A DNA stretch of 50,002 bases from an uncultured Clostridium sp. (GTDB lineage Bacteria; Bacillota; Clostridia; TANB77; CAG-508), in the NCBI GenBank assembly GCA_900553865.1, contig USFC01000002.1, positions 1 through 50,002 of the forward strand, given 5' to 3'. Below are positions 38,101-46,038 of the stretch, one piece after another; within the stretch, counting starts at the first letter, position 1; each line of letters starts with the position of its first letter. Position numbers and translations under genes: made by a program. Under the pieces are notes generated by a model that was not told where the DNA came from, did not search any database, and was given only the letters and a program-made list of their open reading frames with translations.

Positions 38101-40403
38101 ATAATCAAGTATTAGACACTCCTTCAGAAGTAATTTATATGCAAGATGCAGAGAGCTTAAAAACGTGGTCAGTAACTTTAAATCCTATGCCAGATGAAAA
38201 ACAATATGAAGTAGAATATGGATTTGGTTATGCAAATTACAGACATTCAAGTATGCAAATAGAACAAAATCTTACAACATTTGTACCAGAAAAAGATAAT
38301 ATAAAAGTTTCTTTATTAGAACTTAAAAACTTATCTCCTAAAAAGAAAAAATTGAATTTTGTGTATTATATAAAACCAGTATTAGGTGAAAATAAATTAC
38401 AAACAAAAGATTATATAAATCTAAAATTTAAAGAAAACGATAACATGATAACATTGGAAAACAAAACTAATACAGACTTTAAAGAAATTATTTATGTGTC
38501 ATGCAATGAAAAAATAAAATCATATACAGCAGACAAGAAATTCTTTTTTGGAAAAGGCAATATTTCAAATCCAGAGGCACTAAAGAAAGTAAGTTTAAAC
38601 AATAAAAATAGCTTAGGAAAAGACGGAATTGTAGCAATTCAAATTGAAGTAGAATTAGAATCTTTTGAAAAGAAAAAAATATCTTTCATGTTAGGTAGTG
38701 AGCAAAATTTAATAGATTGTCAAGATAAAGTTTATAAATATAGTAAAGTAGAAAAGGTGGAAGAAGAATTAGAAAAAGTAAGAAGATATTGGGAAGAATT
38801 TTTAGGTAGGGTACAAGTTGAAACACCAATGGAATCATTTAATATATTAATGAATGGATGGCTTATTTATCAAACTATATCTTGTAGGTTGAAGGCAAGA
38901 AGCGGGTTCTATCAATCTGGTGGAGCATTTGGATTTAGGGACCAATTGCAAGATACAATTGCTTTAAAATATTTTTCTCCAGAATTAATAAAAAAACAAA
39001 TTATAAAGCATAGCAAACATCAATTTATAGAGGGAGATGTAGAACATTGGTGGCATGAAGAAACTTCTAGAGGAATTAGAACGAAATTTTCAGATGACTT
39101 ATTATGGCTTGTATATTTAGTAGAAGAATATATTGAAAATACAGGAGATTATAGTATTTTAGAGGAAAAGGCAAACTATACAGTAGGAGAGGTTTTAGGA
39201 GAAAGTACAGACGAAAGATATGATAGGTATGAAAGTAGTAATATAGAAGAAAGCATTTTTATGCATTGTGAAAGAGCAATAGAAAGGTCTTTAAACTTTG
39301 GAGAAAACGGACTTCCTAAAATAGGTTCAGGAGATTGGAATGATGGATTTAGTGAAGTAGGAAATAAAGGAAAAGGTGAAAGTGTATGGCTTGGATTCTT
39401 TTTATATAATGTTTTACAAAGGTGGATTTCAATTTGCGAAGAGAAGAAACAAGAGTTAGAAAAAGAAAGTAATGTAATAATGAAACAGGTTGATATTCAA
39501 AATGAAGAGTTAGAAAAACAGAAGGAACAAGACGAAAAGAGTGTTTCAGAAACAGTAGAACTCGAAAATAAAATTCAAAAATATCAAAAAATGGTAGAAA
39601 ATCTAAAGAAAGCACTAAATAATAATGCATGGGACGGCAGATGGTTTAGAAGAGCATACACAGATAATGGAGATATTTTAGGAACAATTCAAAATGAAGA
39701 ATGTAAAATAGACGGAATATCACAAAGCTGGTCTGTTATTTCAAAAGCAGGAGATAATGACAAAAAATACATCTCAATGGAATCACTAGAAAATCATTTA
39801 GTAGATAAAGAAAGTGGAATAATAAAATTGCTTGACCCTCCTTTTGAAAAATCTAAATTAGAGCCAGGTTATATAAAAGCATATCTTCCAGGAACAAGAG
39901 AAAATGGCGGACAATACACACATGCGGCAATATGGGCAATTATTGCAGAAGCAATGCTTGGTTTTGGAGATAAAGCAGTAGAATTATTTAGAATGATAAA
40001 TCCAATAGAACATGCAAGAACAAAGGAAACTGCTTCAAAATATAAAGTAGAACCTTATGTGGTTGCAGCAGATATATATGGACAGAAAAATTTAGCAGGA
40101 AGAGGTGGCTGGACTTGGTATACAGGTTCAAGTTCATGGATGTATGAAGCAGGACTTCATTATATTTTAGGATTAACTATAAACAAAGGATATTTATCTA
40201 TAAATCCATGTATTTCAGCTGACTGGAAAGAGTATAAAATAGGGTATAAATATGGAAATAGTATATATAATATAAAGGTTGAAAATTACAATAGAAAAAA
40301 TACAGGAGTGGAAACAATGATTGTAAATGGTTATGTAATAGAAGATAAAAAGGTCAAATTAAGTGAAGACGGAGGCATATATAATATAGAGATAATTATG
40401 TGA
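32133..40403 (+). CDS. Giant (2756 aa) cyclic-beta-1,2-glucan-synthase-like protein: N-terminal domain, GT84-type glycosyltransferase with TM segments, C-terminal GH94 phosphorylase-like domain
   Basis: AAGGAG RBS. The GT motifs are ITLDADTN and HRWIRGDFQ, with multiple TM helices at aa ~390-450 and ~800-990. The GH94-like C-terminus has RENGGQYTHAAIWA, GRGGWTWYTGSSSWMY and HWWHE. Confidence 0.8.
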   Translation: MEYKNLNLKGANLDKYGLEQYLEKLASDHVLQKNSEKQTYPIPKVKENFAKISEVYHLLDEHIKLGIPIHPAGEWLLDNFYIIEETVKTIINQMPLKKYKNFLGIANGTYKGFARIYVLAFEIVSYTDSRIDAKNISSFLKAYQRKKTLSMEEIWNLNIFMQIALIQGISDICEKIYFSQMQKYRVENIFERLVEKKEDLKYKNLTEYKARVKGYGEMKYPFIEYLSYRLNKQGKVAIPFLNILEEQVNKMGTTIEEVVKKEHYDIAVKKVSMANCITSMKELLRIDFLSIFEEVNGVEEILKQDPAKVYTKMDYKTKEYYRNAIKEIAKETKIAEIYIAKKVLELASNQNENTKEAHIGYYLIDKGKHKLYKVLQQNGEKIKENNSKAKYYIILIWAASLIIDIVFMCNIQKQLRNAILTIILGITLIFPIQEIVVQVVQYILGKVVKPKLIPKLDFYSGVPKEYSTFVVIPTILKNKEKVQELVKKLEVYYLANKSENLYFALLGDCSSGPNKEEPFDDEVISEGIKQVQILNEKYKEENSIPKFHFVYRKRFWNGEEECYLGWERKRGLLNQFNDYLLGKIESPFLVNTLEKIDKPFIKYIITLDADTNLILNSGLELIGAMAHILNKPVLNNKKNLVIDGHGLMQPRVGINLEAANKNLFTKIFAGSGGTDLYTNAISDVYQDNFDEGIFTGKGIYDLRVFSEVLSNEIPENTVLSHDLLEGSYLMAGLCSDILLMDGYPTNYLSFKARLHRWIRGDFQIARWSGNKIIDKKLIEKENPLNTLSRYKIIDNLIRAITPVFSMLSLIILFIANIFLKFKVGVFAWFIVIWAMFPFILDIANRIIYKKEGQMHTKSFSPRLYSLFASFIRGVLSLISLPDKAYFSLDAIIRTIYRQKISKKHLLEWTTSEEAEKLAKNNLISYYKSMCANVILGVAGIIYSIASKKYIFLFILSLLWLIAPFAFWYISQKEEEQQAISKVTNKEKEYLNSIGKKTWLFFKESITKENNYLPPDNYQEDRTPYFVDRTSSTNIGLAFLSIISSYDLGYETLESTLELLNNMLVTVNELPKWNGHLYNWYNIKTLEPLIPRYISTVDSGNFVGYVYVLKQFYKDIKEKIETGQIELDVETKEKLLGFIPEWVNKKVEDIPIANADFSKLYDEEKGLFSIGFNIEENKLTDSYYDLLASEARSASFVAISKKDIPSKHWGHLSRTMTDINGYNGLISWSGTAFEYLMPNVIIKQEEGSLLDESIKFMLMSQKEYAKKLGIPWGFSETAYYLKDLNNNYQYKAIGIPWLGLKRGLEEDMVVASYASFMALLIEPKEVIANVKELEKQGIYNKYGFYESMDYTPIRMPKGKKQMPIKTYMAHHQALILLSINNFFNDNILQKRFMENPEIEATSILLQEVMPENRIITKEEKIKPVKITYKDYENYAQRVFTKTKETLPICNVISNDNYSVVMDVKGKGYSKYKNYLINKYNVTEDETEEQGILFYLKNIKNKRIWSINNRNDNIKADKYEIVFTEDSDKIKRTDGAIKSTCKVTIASTNEKTPVEIRNLELQNNGVENETIEITSVLEPALASQTEYNSHPAFQKLFLIYEYLENENIFIIKRKDRKNTEKGLYLAVSLYTNDNVIGDLEYEIDKEKFVGRNNFEIPTMVKNSKPFSKRIDLVTDPILALRRTICLEPEQIANFSLLICASESREEVIQNIKQYQREEEIKKAFELSIAKADTEARYLRLNAKQIVTYQKILGYLLFENSIQSKEKYSKKYYPKEELWKYGISGDLPILLVKISSSNEKDNLEEILKAYEFFRLKNVEIDLVILNEEPNSYEKYTKETIQNTIMNLNLSYVQNIRGGIYVLENEDFEVVEFYSNLIIDTKKGPVARQLEDLEDEYLENIKQIEEKTKTNFEGFEEEKNKIALSENLLYNNEYGGFSQDRNKYKIIVDKENRLPTVWSHVMANDTFGTLVTEAGGGFTWSKNSGLNKLTAWSNNQVLDTPSEVIYMQDAESLKTWSVTLNPMPDEKQYEVEYGFGYANYRHSSMQIEQNLTTFVPEKDNIKVSLLELKNLSPKKKKLNFVYYIKPVLGENKLQTKDYINLKFKENDNMITLENKTNTDFKEIIYVSCNEKIKSYTADKKFFFGKGNISNPEALKKVSLNNKNSLGKDGIVAIQIEVELESFEKKKISFMLGSEQNLIDCQDKVYKYSKVEKVEEELEKVRRYWEEFLGRVQVETPMESFNILMNGWLIYQTISCRLKARSGFYQSGGAFGFRDQLQDTIALKYFSPELIKKQIIKHSKHQFIEGDVEHWWHEETSRGIRTKFSDDLLWLVYLVEEYIENTGDYSILEEKANYTVGEVLGESTDERYDRYESSNIEESIFMHCERAIERSLNFGENGLPKIGSGDWNDGFSEVGNKGKGESVWLGFFLYNVLQRWISICEEKKQELEKESNVIMKQVDIQNEELEKQKEQDEKSVSETVELENKIQKYQKMVENLKKALNNNAWDGRWFRRAYTDNGDILGTIQNEECKIDGISQSWSVISKAGDNDKKYISMESLENHLVDKESGIIKLLDPPFEKSKLEPGYIKAYLPGTRENGGQYTHAAIWAIIAEAMLGFGDKAVELFRMINPIEHARTKETASKYKVEPYVVAADIYGQKNLAGRGGWTWYTGSSSWMYEAGLHYILGLTINKGYLSINPCISADWKEYKIGYKYGNSIYNIKVENYNRKNTGVETMIVNGYVIEDKKVKLSEDGGIYNIEIIM

Positions 40404-40476
40404 TTTGCAAAAAATGTAAAAGTGTGGTAAAATATAAGTAGTTTCAAAAAACTTGTTGAAAAAGGAGAACAACAAT

Positions 40477-40770
40477 ATGAAAAGAAAAAGCATCAAGAAC
40501 AACGTACTTGCAGTTATTTACACAATTATTGGATTCGTAGGGATGATGGCAGCTGCAGGATTTGGTGTCTATTTGTATTATTCCACTATTCTTCCTGTAA
40601 GAATAGCAGGAACATACGTAATAGGCAATCGGATTTTACGCTACGTTCTCTATGCAGGTTGCATAGTTATGTTAGCAGGAGCAGCATGGCTTTGCGACTA
40701 TGGAAGTTCATACTTAACTAAGAAACTCCGTTTGCAGTGTAAAGTACACAGAAAATCTAAAAGGCGTTAA
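40477..40770 (+). CDS. Small two-TM membrane protein with a basic tail
   Basis: GGAGAA RBS before ATG 40477, an upstream promoter TTGCAA-17-TGgTAAAAT (40405-40433), and a terminator overlapping the stop. No family recognised. Confidence 0.5.
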   Translation: MKRKSIKNNVLAVIYTIIGFVGMMAAAGFGVYLYYSTILPVRIAGTYVIGNRILRYVLYAGCIVMLAGAAWLCDYGSSYLTKKLRLQCKVHRKSKRR

Positions 40771-40786
40771 ATTAACGCCTTTTTTA
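40759..40786 (+). terminator. Rho-independent terminator
   Basis: AGGCGTTAA (40762-40770) pairs with TTAACGCCT (40772-40780), followed by TTTTT. Confidence 0.65.
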
Positions 40787-40937
40787 TGTGCGCTAATAAA
40801 GCTCTCAAAACTTCACTATAATATTAAAAAGTTTCACTAAACCTTCCGAAACTTTTAGAAAAATACTTGTACAATCAAGAAGATTATGATATAAATAAGT
40901 AAATAATGTCTTAAGAAAAGAAAGGCGGATATTTTCT

Positions 40938-41669
40938 ATGGAAGAAAATTTAGGTAAAAAAACAATTTTAATTGTAGATGACGAAAAAACAATAGTAGAT
41001 ATGCTAGTATATAACCTACAAAAAGAAGGCTATAATACTTTAGAAGCAAACGACGGAGAAGAAGCAGTAAATGTAGCTTTAAGCCAAAAACCAGACTTAA
41101 TATTGTTGGATATAATGCTACCTAAAATGGACGGCTTAGCAGTATGTAAAAGAATAAGACAAACACTAAACATACCAATATTAATGTTATCAGCAAAAGA
41201 CGAAGAAATAGATAAAATACTTGGGCTAGAACTTGGAGCAGACGACTATATTACTAAACCTTTTAGTGTAAGAGAATTAATGGCAAGGGTAAAAGCAAAT
41301 TTAAGAAAAGCAGAATTATCAGGAGCAGAAAAAGCAGGAAAAGAAGAGGAAGAAAAAGAAGAAGAAAATATTATAGCAGTTGGCGATTTAACTTTAGACT
41401 TAAATAAATTTGAAGTTAAAGTTAGAGGCGAAATAATGGATTTAACTTTAAGAGAATTTGAAGTTCTAAAATATTTAGCAAACCAACCGGGGCAAGTGGT
41501 TACAAGAGAAGTTCTATTAGAAAAAGTATGGGGATATGAATATTATGGAGATATTCGTACAGTAGATGTTACAGTAAGAAGAATTAGAGAAAAAATAGAA
41601 AAAGATACATCAAATCCAAAAATACTTATTACTAAAAGAGGAGTAGGCTATTATATAGCATCAAAATAA
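40938..41669 (+). CDS. OmpR/WalR-family response regulator
   Basis: The receiver domain has VDDE and LLDIMLPKMDG (phospho-Asp), then SAK. The winged-helix C-terminus has TLREFEVLKYL and VRRIREKIE. An acidic KEEEEKEEEN insert lies in the linker. Confidence 0.9.
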   Translation: MEENLGKKTILIVDDEKTIVDMLVYNLQKEGYNTLEANDGEEAVNVALSQKPDLILLDIMLPKMDGLAVCKRIRQTLNIPILMLSAKDEEIDKILGLELGADDYITKPFSVRELMARVKANLRKAELSGAEKAGKEEEEKEEENIIAVGDLTLDLNKFEVKVRGEIMDLTLREFEVLKYLANQPGQVVTREVLLEKVWGYEYYGDIRTVDVTVRRIREKIEKDTSNPKILITKRGVGYYIASK

Positions 41670-41731
41670 AATAAACAGATGCACAAAAGGAGGGGCTTTT
41701 TGTGCATTATTTTGTATGAGGAGATTTTATT

Positions 41732-43162
41732 ATGTTAAAAAATGTACAGTTAAAAATAATATTAATATTTAGCATATTAGGAATAGTATTAATGGGTGGA
41801 ATAGGCGTAATATATGCGTACAATTTGCAAAATGTAAACTTTTCGCTAGTAGCGCAAACAGAAGAACAAGTAATGGCGTACCAAGAGTTAATAAAAATGC
41901 AAATTCAAAATGTAAAAGTAATAACCATAATTTTAATTACAGTATATGGATTTATTTCTATATTAATAGGAATTTTCGTTTCAAAAGTTATATTAGACCC
42001 AATTTCAAGATTAATAGACAGTGCGCCTAAAATGGCAAATGGAGAAAATTCAAATACAGAAAATAGCAAAAAAAATGTAGACGAATTAACCAATGCATTC
42101 AATTTAATGACAAATGAATTAAAAGAAAACTTAAAAGAAGTGTATAGGCAAAAAAGACAGATAGAAACAATATTACTTCATATGACAGATGGAATTATAG
42201 CATTTGATATTCAAGGTAATATAATGCATATAAATCCAGCAGCCACAGAGCTTTTGAAACTTACAGAAAACGAAAATACATTTGACAAAATATTTAGCAA
42301 ATTAAACATAGACATAAATTTGGAAAAGACAATATACCTAGAAAATTGGACTTCCTCAGAACAAAGAGTTCAGTTAGAAGATAAATATTTAAATATTTTC
42401 TTTGCATCTTTTAAAGATGAGCAAGAGTTAGCAGCAGGAGTTATTGCAGTTATACAAGATATTACAGAACACGTAAAACTAGACAATATGCGAAAAGAAT
42501 TTGTAGCAGATGTATCACACGAATTAAAAACACCAATTACATCAATTATGGGATATGCCGATACTTTGCTAGAAAGTGAATATGACAAAGAAACACAGTA
42601 TAAATTCTTAAATGTAATAGCTTCAGAGGCAAGAAGAATGGCAAAATTGGTTACAGATTTACTTATATTATCTCGTTATGATAATAACAAAGTCAAAAAA
42701 GAAATTACAGAATTTGACCTAGGAGATTTAGTAAAGAGATGTCAAGAAAAATTGCAATTAGAAATAAACAAAAAAGGGCATGAAGTTGAATGTTTTGTAA
42801 CAGCAAATGTTCCGCCAGTGAAAGCAGATAAAGATGGAATTGAAAGAGTAGTTTTAAACATAATGACAAATAGTATAAAATATACTCCAAAAAACGGAAA
42901 TATAAAGATATATGTAGGTTTTGTATATAATGATGCTTATATAAAAATAATAGACAATGGAATAGGCATTCCAGAAGAAGACTTAAACAGAATTTTTGAA
43001 CGTTTTTATAGGGTTGATAAGGCTCGTACAAGAGAAATGGGAGGAACAGGTTTAGGACTTTCAATTGCAAAAGAAATATTAGACCAAAATAAAGGAAGCA
43101 TAGACATAAAGAGTGAAAAAGGAAAAGGAACAGAAGTTGTAATAAGAATTCCAACTAAATAA
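41732..43162 (+). CDS. WalK-like sensor histidine kinase (2 TM, HAMP, PAS, HisKA, HATPase_c)
   Basis: H-box FVADVSHELKTPITSI, N-box NIMTNSIKYTP, G1 IDNGIGI, G2 GGTGLGLSIA. Confidence 0.9.
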   Translation: MLKNVQLKIILIFSILGIVLMGGIGVIYAYNLQNVNFSLVAQTEEQVMAYQELIKMQIQNVKVITIILITVYGFISILIGIFVSKVILDPISRLIDSAPKMANGENSNTENSKKNVDELTNAFNLMTNELKENLKEVYRQKRQIETILLHMTDGIIAFDIQGNIMHINPAATELLKLTENENTFDKIFSKLNIDINLEKTIYLENWTSSEQRVQLEDKYLNIFFASFKDEQELAAGVIAVIQDITEHVKLDNMRKEFVADVSHELKTPITSIMGYADTLLESEYDKETQYKFLNVIASEARRMAKLVTDLLILSRYDNNKVKKEITEFDLGDLVKRCQEKLQLEINKKGHEVECFVTANVPPVKADKDGIERVVLNIMTNSIKYTPKNGNIKIYVGFVYNDAYIKIIDNGIGIPEEDLNRIFERFYRVDKARTREMGGTGLGLSIAKEILDQNKGSIDIKSEKGKGTEVVIRIPTK

Positions 43163-43172
43163 AAAAATTTCA

Positions 43173-43279
43173 CAAAGGACATTTGGGGACGGGTCACTTT
43201 TGTCCTTCGTGAAAATAGTATTATTAAGATTTAAGTGTTATGTAAAGGACAAAAGTGACCCGTCCCCAAATGTCCTTTG
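43173..43279. repeat. Perfect 35-bp inverted repeat with a 37-bp spacer (GGGGACGGG-containing element)
   Basis: CAAAGGACATTTGGGGACGGGTCACTTTTGTCCTT (43173-43207) is the exact reverse complement of 43245-43279. Each arm also contains a nested AAGGACA/TGTCCTT hairpin. Confidence 0.85.
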
Positions 43280-43360
43280 CAAAAACAATAAAAAAGGTTG
43301 AAAAATTACGTAAAACCTTATATAATAAATATGCTATTTTATGGAAAAGAGGAATGAATA

Positions 43361-43987
43361 ATGATAGATAAAAAAGCAGTGGCAAAAGAAGTTTTTGAAT
43401 GGCTATATTGCATTGTAATTGCAATAGTACTCGCACTACTAATTAGATATTTTATAGGAACTCCAACAGTTGTAAAGCAATCATCAATGTATCCAACTTT
43501 AAAACAAAATCAAAGATTGGTTTTAAACCGTTTATATAGAACCTTTCATGATACACCACAAAGAGGAGATATAATTACCTTTGAAGCACCAAGCAAATCA
43601 GTTGCAACTAGCGTTAAAGCTACATATGATTATGAACCTAAAAATGCTTTTGAAAAGTTTTGCTATTATGTTTTAGAAGTAAACAAAATGAGTTATATAA
43701 AAAGGGTAATAGCTCTTCCAGGTGAACATGTTCAAATAATGGACGGAAAAATTTACATAGATGGTAATGAATTACAAGAAGATTATTTACAAGAAGGTGT
43801 AGTAACAGAAGCTAAAAGTACATACTTAACAGATTTCGTAGTTCCAGAAGGTTACATTTTTGCAGTTGGAGATAATAGAGAATATAGTGGTGATTGTAGG
43901 GCTTTTGGCTGTATTCCAATAGAAAAAATAGAAGGAAAAGTATGGATAAGATTTTGGCCTTTAAATTTATTTGGAAAAGTAAAATAA
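43361..43987 (+). CDS. lepB: Type I signal peptidase
   Basis: An N-terminal TM helix is present. Box B SSMYPTL carries the catalytic Ser, box D YIKRVIALPGE carries the Lys, and box E is GDNREYSGDCRAFG. Confidence 0.85.
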   Translation: MIDKKAVAKEVFEWLYCIVIAIVLALLIRYFIGTPTVVKQSSMYPTLKQNQRLVLNRLYRTFHDTPQRGDIITFEAPSKSVATSVKATYDYEPKNAFEKFCYYVLEVNKMSYIKRVIALPGEHVQIMDGKIYIDGNELQEDYLQEGVVTEAKSTYLTDFVVPEGYIFAVGDNREYSGDCRAFGCIPIEKIEGKVWIRFWPLNLFGKVK

Positions 43988-44030
43988 TGAGTTGAAGCCA
44001 AAGCGGAAAAATAAATAAGAGGTACTAGTT

Positions 44031-44927
44031 TTGAGTTTTGAAAATATTATAGGAAATAACAAAATAAAAGAATTTTTAAATCAGGCAGTAGAAGAAGGCC
44101 ATGTATCACATAGTTATTTGTTTATTGGCATAAATGGGATAGGTAAAACACTTTTTGCAAGAGAGTTTGCAAAAAAAGTTCTATGCTTAAATGGAAAAGG
44201 GGATAATTGTGAGTCTTGCTTAAAGTGGGAAAACAATAATCACCCAGATTTTGTACAAATAAACCCAGAAAATAATGTAATAAAAATAGAGCAAATTCGT
44301 AATATGCAAGAAGAAATAAGCGTAAAACCAATAGCTTCAAATAAAAAAGTATTTTTAATAATAGATAGCGACCTAATGACAAAAGAAGCACAAAATTGCC
44401 TATTAAAAATGCTAGAAGAGCCACCACAATATGCTTTAATAATATTAACCACATCTAATGAAAGCAAATTGCTAAATACTATAAAATCAAGATGTATGAA
44501 AATTCCTTTTGAAAGAATAGATGAAAAAGAAATAACAGACTATGCTAATAATGTATTAAATATTTCAGCTTCAAAAGATTTTATAAAAATGTGTGAGGGG
44601 AGTATTGGAAAATTACTTGAAATAAAGGAAGATGAAGAATTATATACTAAAATAAATACATTGTTAGAAAACATAGAAGGCAGTAAATTTACCAGTTTAA
44701 TAAATAATGCAGAAGTATTGTACAAAGGAAAAGAGAAAATTACAGAAATATTGGAATATATAAATGTATATTTATACAATCAAAAAGATATGAAAAAGCT
44801 AAAATGCATAAAGTACGTAGAAGAAGTGAAGAAAAGATTGCTTGCTAATAGTAATTATGACATGTGCATAGATTATCTTTTAATGAATTTATGGGAGGAA
44901 ATAAATGAAAAATATAGTAGGAGTTAG
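44031..44927 (+). CDS. holB: DNA polymerase III delta' subunit
   Basis: TTG start 9 nt after AAGAGG. Motifs HSYLFIGINGIGKT, the Cys cluster C..CESC, HPDF and LLKMLEEPP. Confidence 0.8.
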   Translation: MSFENIIGNNKIKEFLNQAVEEGHVSHSYLFIGINGIGKTLFAREFAKKVLCLNGKGDNCESCLKWENNNHPDFVQINPENNVIKIEQIRNMQEEISVKPIASNKKVFLIIDSDLMTKEAQNCLLKMLEEPPQYALIILTTSNESKLLNTIKSRCMKIPFERIDEKEITDYANNVLNISASKDFIKMCEGSIGKLLEIKEDEELYTKINTLLENIEGSKFTSLINNAEVLYKGKEKITEILEYINVYLYNQKDMKKLKCIKYVEEVKKRLLANSNYDMCIDYLLMNLWEEINEKYSRS

Positions 44928-45828
44928 GTTTAAAAAGCCGGGCAAAATCTATTTTTTTGACCCAGAAAATCTGGAAATAAATAATAAAGATTTTGTAATT
45001 GTAGAAACCACTCAAGGGCAAGAATTCGGTGAAGTAGTAATAAGCAATAGAAAAGTAGAAGATAGCTCATTACAAAAGCCTTTAAAAAAGATAATAAGAA
45101 TTGCAACTGCGAAAGATATAAAGCACAATGAGGAAAATAAAAAAAGAGAGAAAGAAGCTTTTGAAATTTGCAATAAAAAAATAAAAGAACATAAACTAGA
45201 CATGACACTTACAGATGTTGAATTCAAATTTGATAATAGTAAAGTTTTATTTTTCTTTACAGCAGATGGAAGAATAGACTTTAGAGAATTAGTAAAAGAC
45301 TTAGCAACAATATTTAAAACAAGAATAGAACTTCGTCAAATAGGTGTTAGAGATGAGGTGAAAAGAATTGGCGGAAATGGAATATGTGGTAGAGAGCTAT
45401 GTTGTTGCTCATTCTTGGGAAATTTTGAAACAGTTTCTATAAAAATGGCAAAAGAACAAAATATGTCATTAAATCCTTCAAAAATATCTGGAAATTGCGG
45501 AAGACTAATGTGTTGTCTAAAATATGAACAAGAGGTATACGAAGAAAAAATAAATAGACTTCCAAAAGTAGGCGCAATTGTAAAAACAGAAGATGGAGAA
45601 GGAACCGTAGAAGGTGTAGAAACGTTAAAAGAAATACTAAGAGTAAGATTAAAAGACGACAATGGGGAATACTATTACAAAAAATATAATGCAAAAGATG
45701 TAAAAATTATAAAAAATATAGAAAAAAATACAGTAGACCCAGAAGAAAAAGAGCATTTAAAAGAATTGCAAGAGTTAGAAAAATTAGAAAAGTTAGATAA
45801 GAAAAATGCAACAGAGGAAGATATATAA
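44905..45828 (+). CDS. PSP1-domain protein (YaaT/RicT-like stage 0 sporulation protein)
   Basis: VGVRFKKPGKIYFFDP, the Cys cluster GICGRELCCCSF...GNCGRLMCCLKYE, and the conserved position after holB. Confidence 0.8.
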   Translation: MKNIVGVRFKKPGKIYFFDPENLEINNKDFVIVETTQGQEFGEVVISNRKVEDSSLQKPLKKIIRIATAKDIKHNEENKKREKEAFEICNKKIKEHKLDMTLTDVEFKFDNSKVLFFFTADGRIDFRELVKDLATIFKTRIELRQIGVRDEVKRIGGNGICGRELCCCSFLGNFETVSIKMAKEQNMSLNPSKISGNCGRLMCCLKYEQEVYEEKINRLPKVGAIVKTEDGEGTVEGVETLKEILRVRLKDDNGEYYYKKYNAKDVKIIKNIEKNTVDPEEKEHLKELQELEKLEKLDKKNATEEDI

Positions 45829-45864
45829 AATAAAAAAATAAACAATTGAAGGGTGGTGAATTAA

Positions 45865-46038
45865 ATGGCATATAAAATAACAGATGCATGTATTAAATGT
45901 GGAGCATGTGCAGCAAATTGCCCAGTAGAATGCATATCAGAAGGCGAAGAAAAATATATTATAGACTCAGAAAGATGTATAGAATGTGGAACTTGCGCAG
46001 CAGTTTGCCCAGTTTCAGCTCCAGTTGAGGAACAGTAG
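45865..46038 (+). CDS. fdx: Clostridial-type 2x[4Fe-4S] ferredoxin (57 aa), below the track cutoff
   Basis: GGTGGTG RBS. The product MAYKITDACIKCGACAANCPVECI...CIECGTCAAVCPVSAPVEEQ* contains two CxxCxxCxxxCP motifs. Confidence 0.85.
   Translation: MAYKITDACIKCGACAANCPVECISEGEEKYIIDSERCIECGTCAAVCPVSAPVEEQ

Noticed and set aside
40403-40421. 19-nt identity ATTTGCAAAAAATGTAAAA between the element (7465-7483) and the host (40403-40421)
   Set aside because: Both copies overlap TTGCAA -35 boxes of A/T-rich promoters. A match of this length between mostly A/T promoter sequences is plausibly convergent or due to chance, so it is not taken as evidence of exchange.
41270-41390. Acidic KEEEEKEEEN insert in the response-regulator linker
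   Set aside because: It is a low-complexity linker expansion in an AT-rich genome (GAA/AAA runs) and gives no indication of separate function.
43224-43436. Minus-strand ORF 43224-43436
   Set aside because: It runs through the right arm of the 35-bp inverted repeat and the lepB start region. It has no RBS and a low-complexity product.
1304-45889. All other minus-strand track ORFs embedded in + strand genes (for example 1852-2181, 7611-7958, 14624-15127, 42705-43154, 44122-44454)
   Set aside because: They have no RBS and low-complexity L/F/I/S-rich products, and each lies fully inside a well-supported + strand gene.
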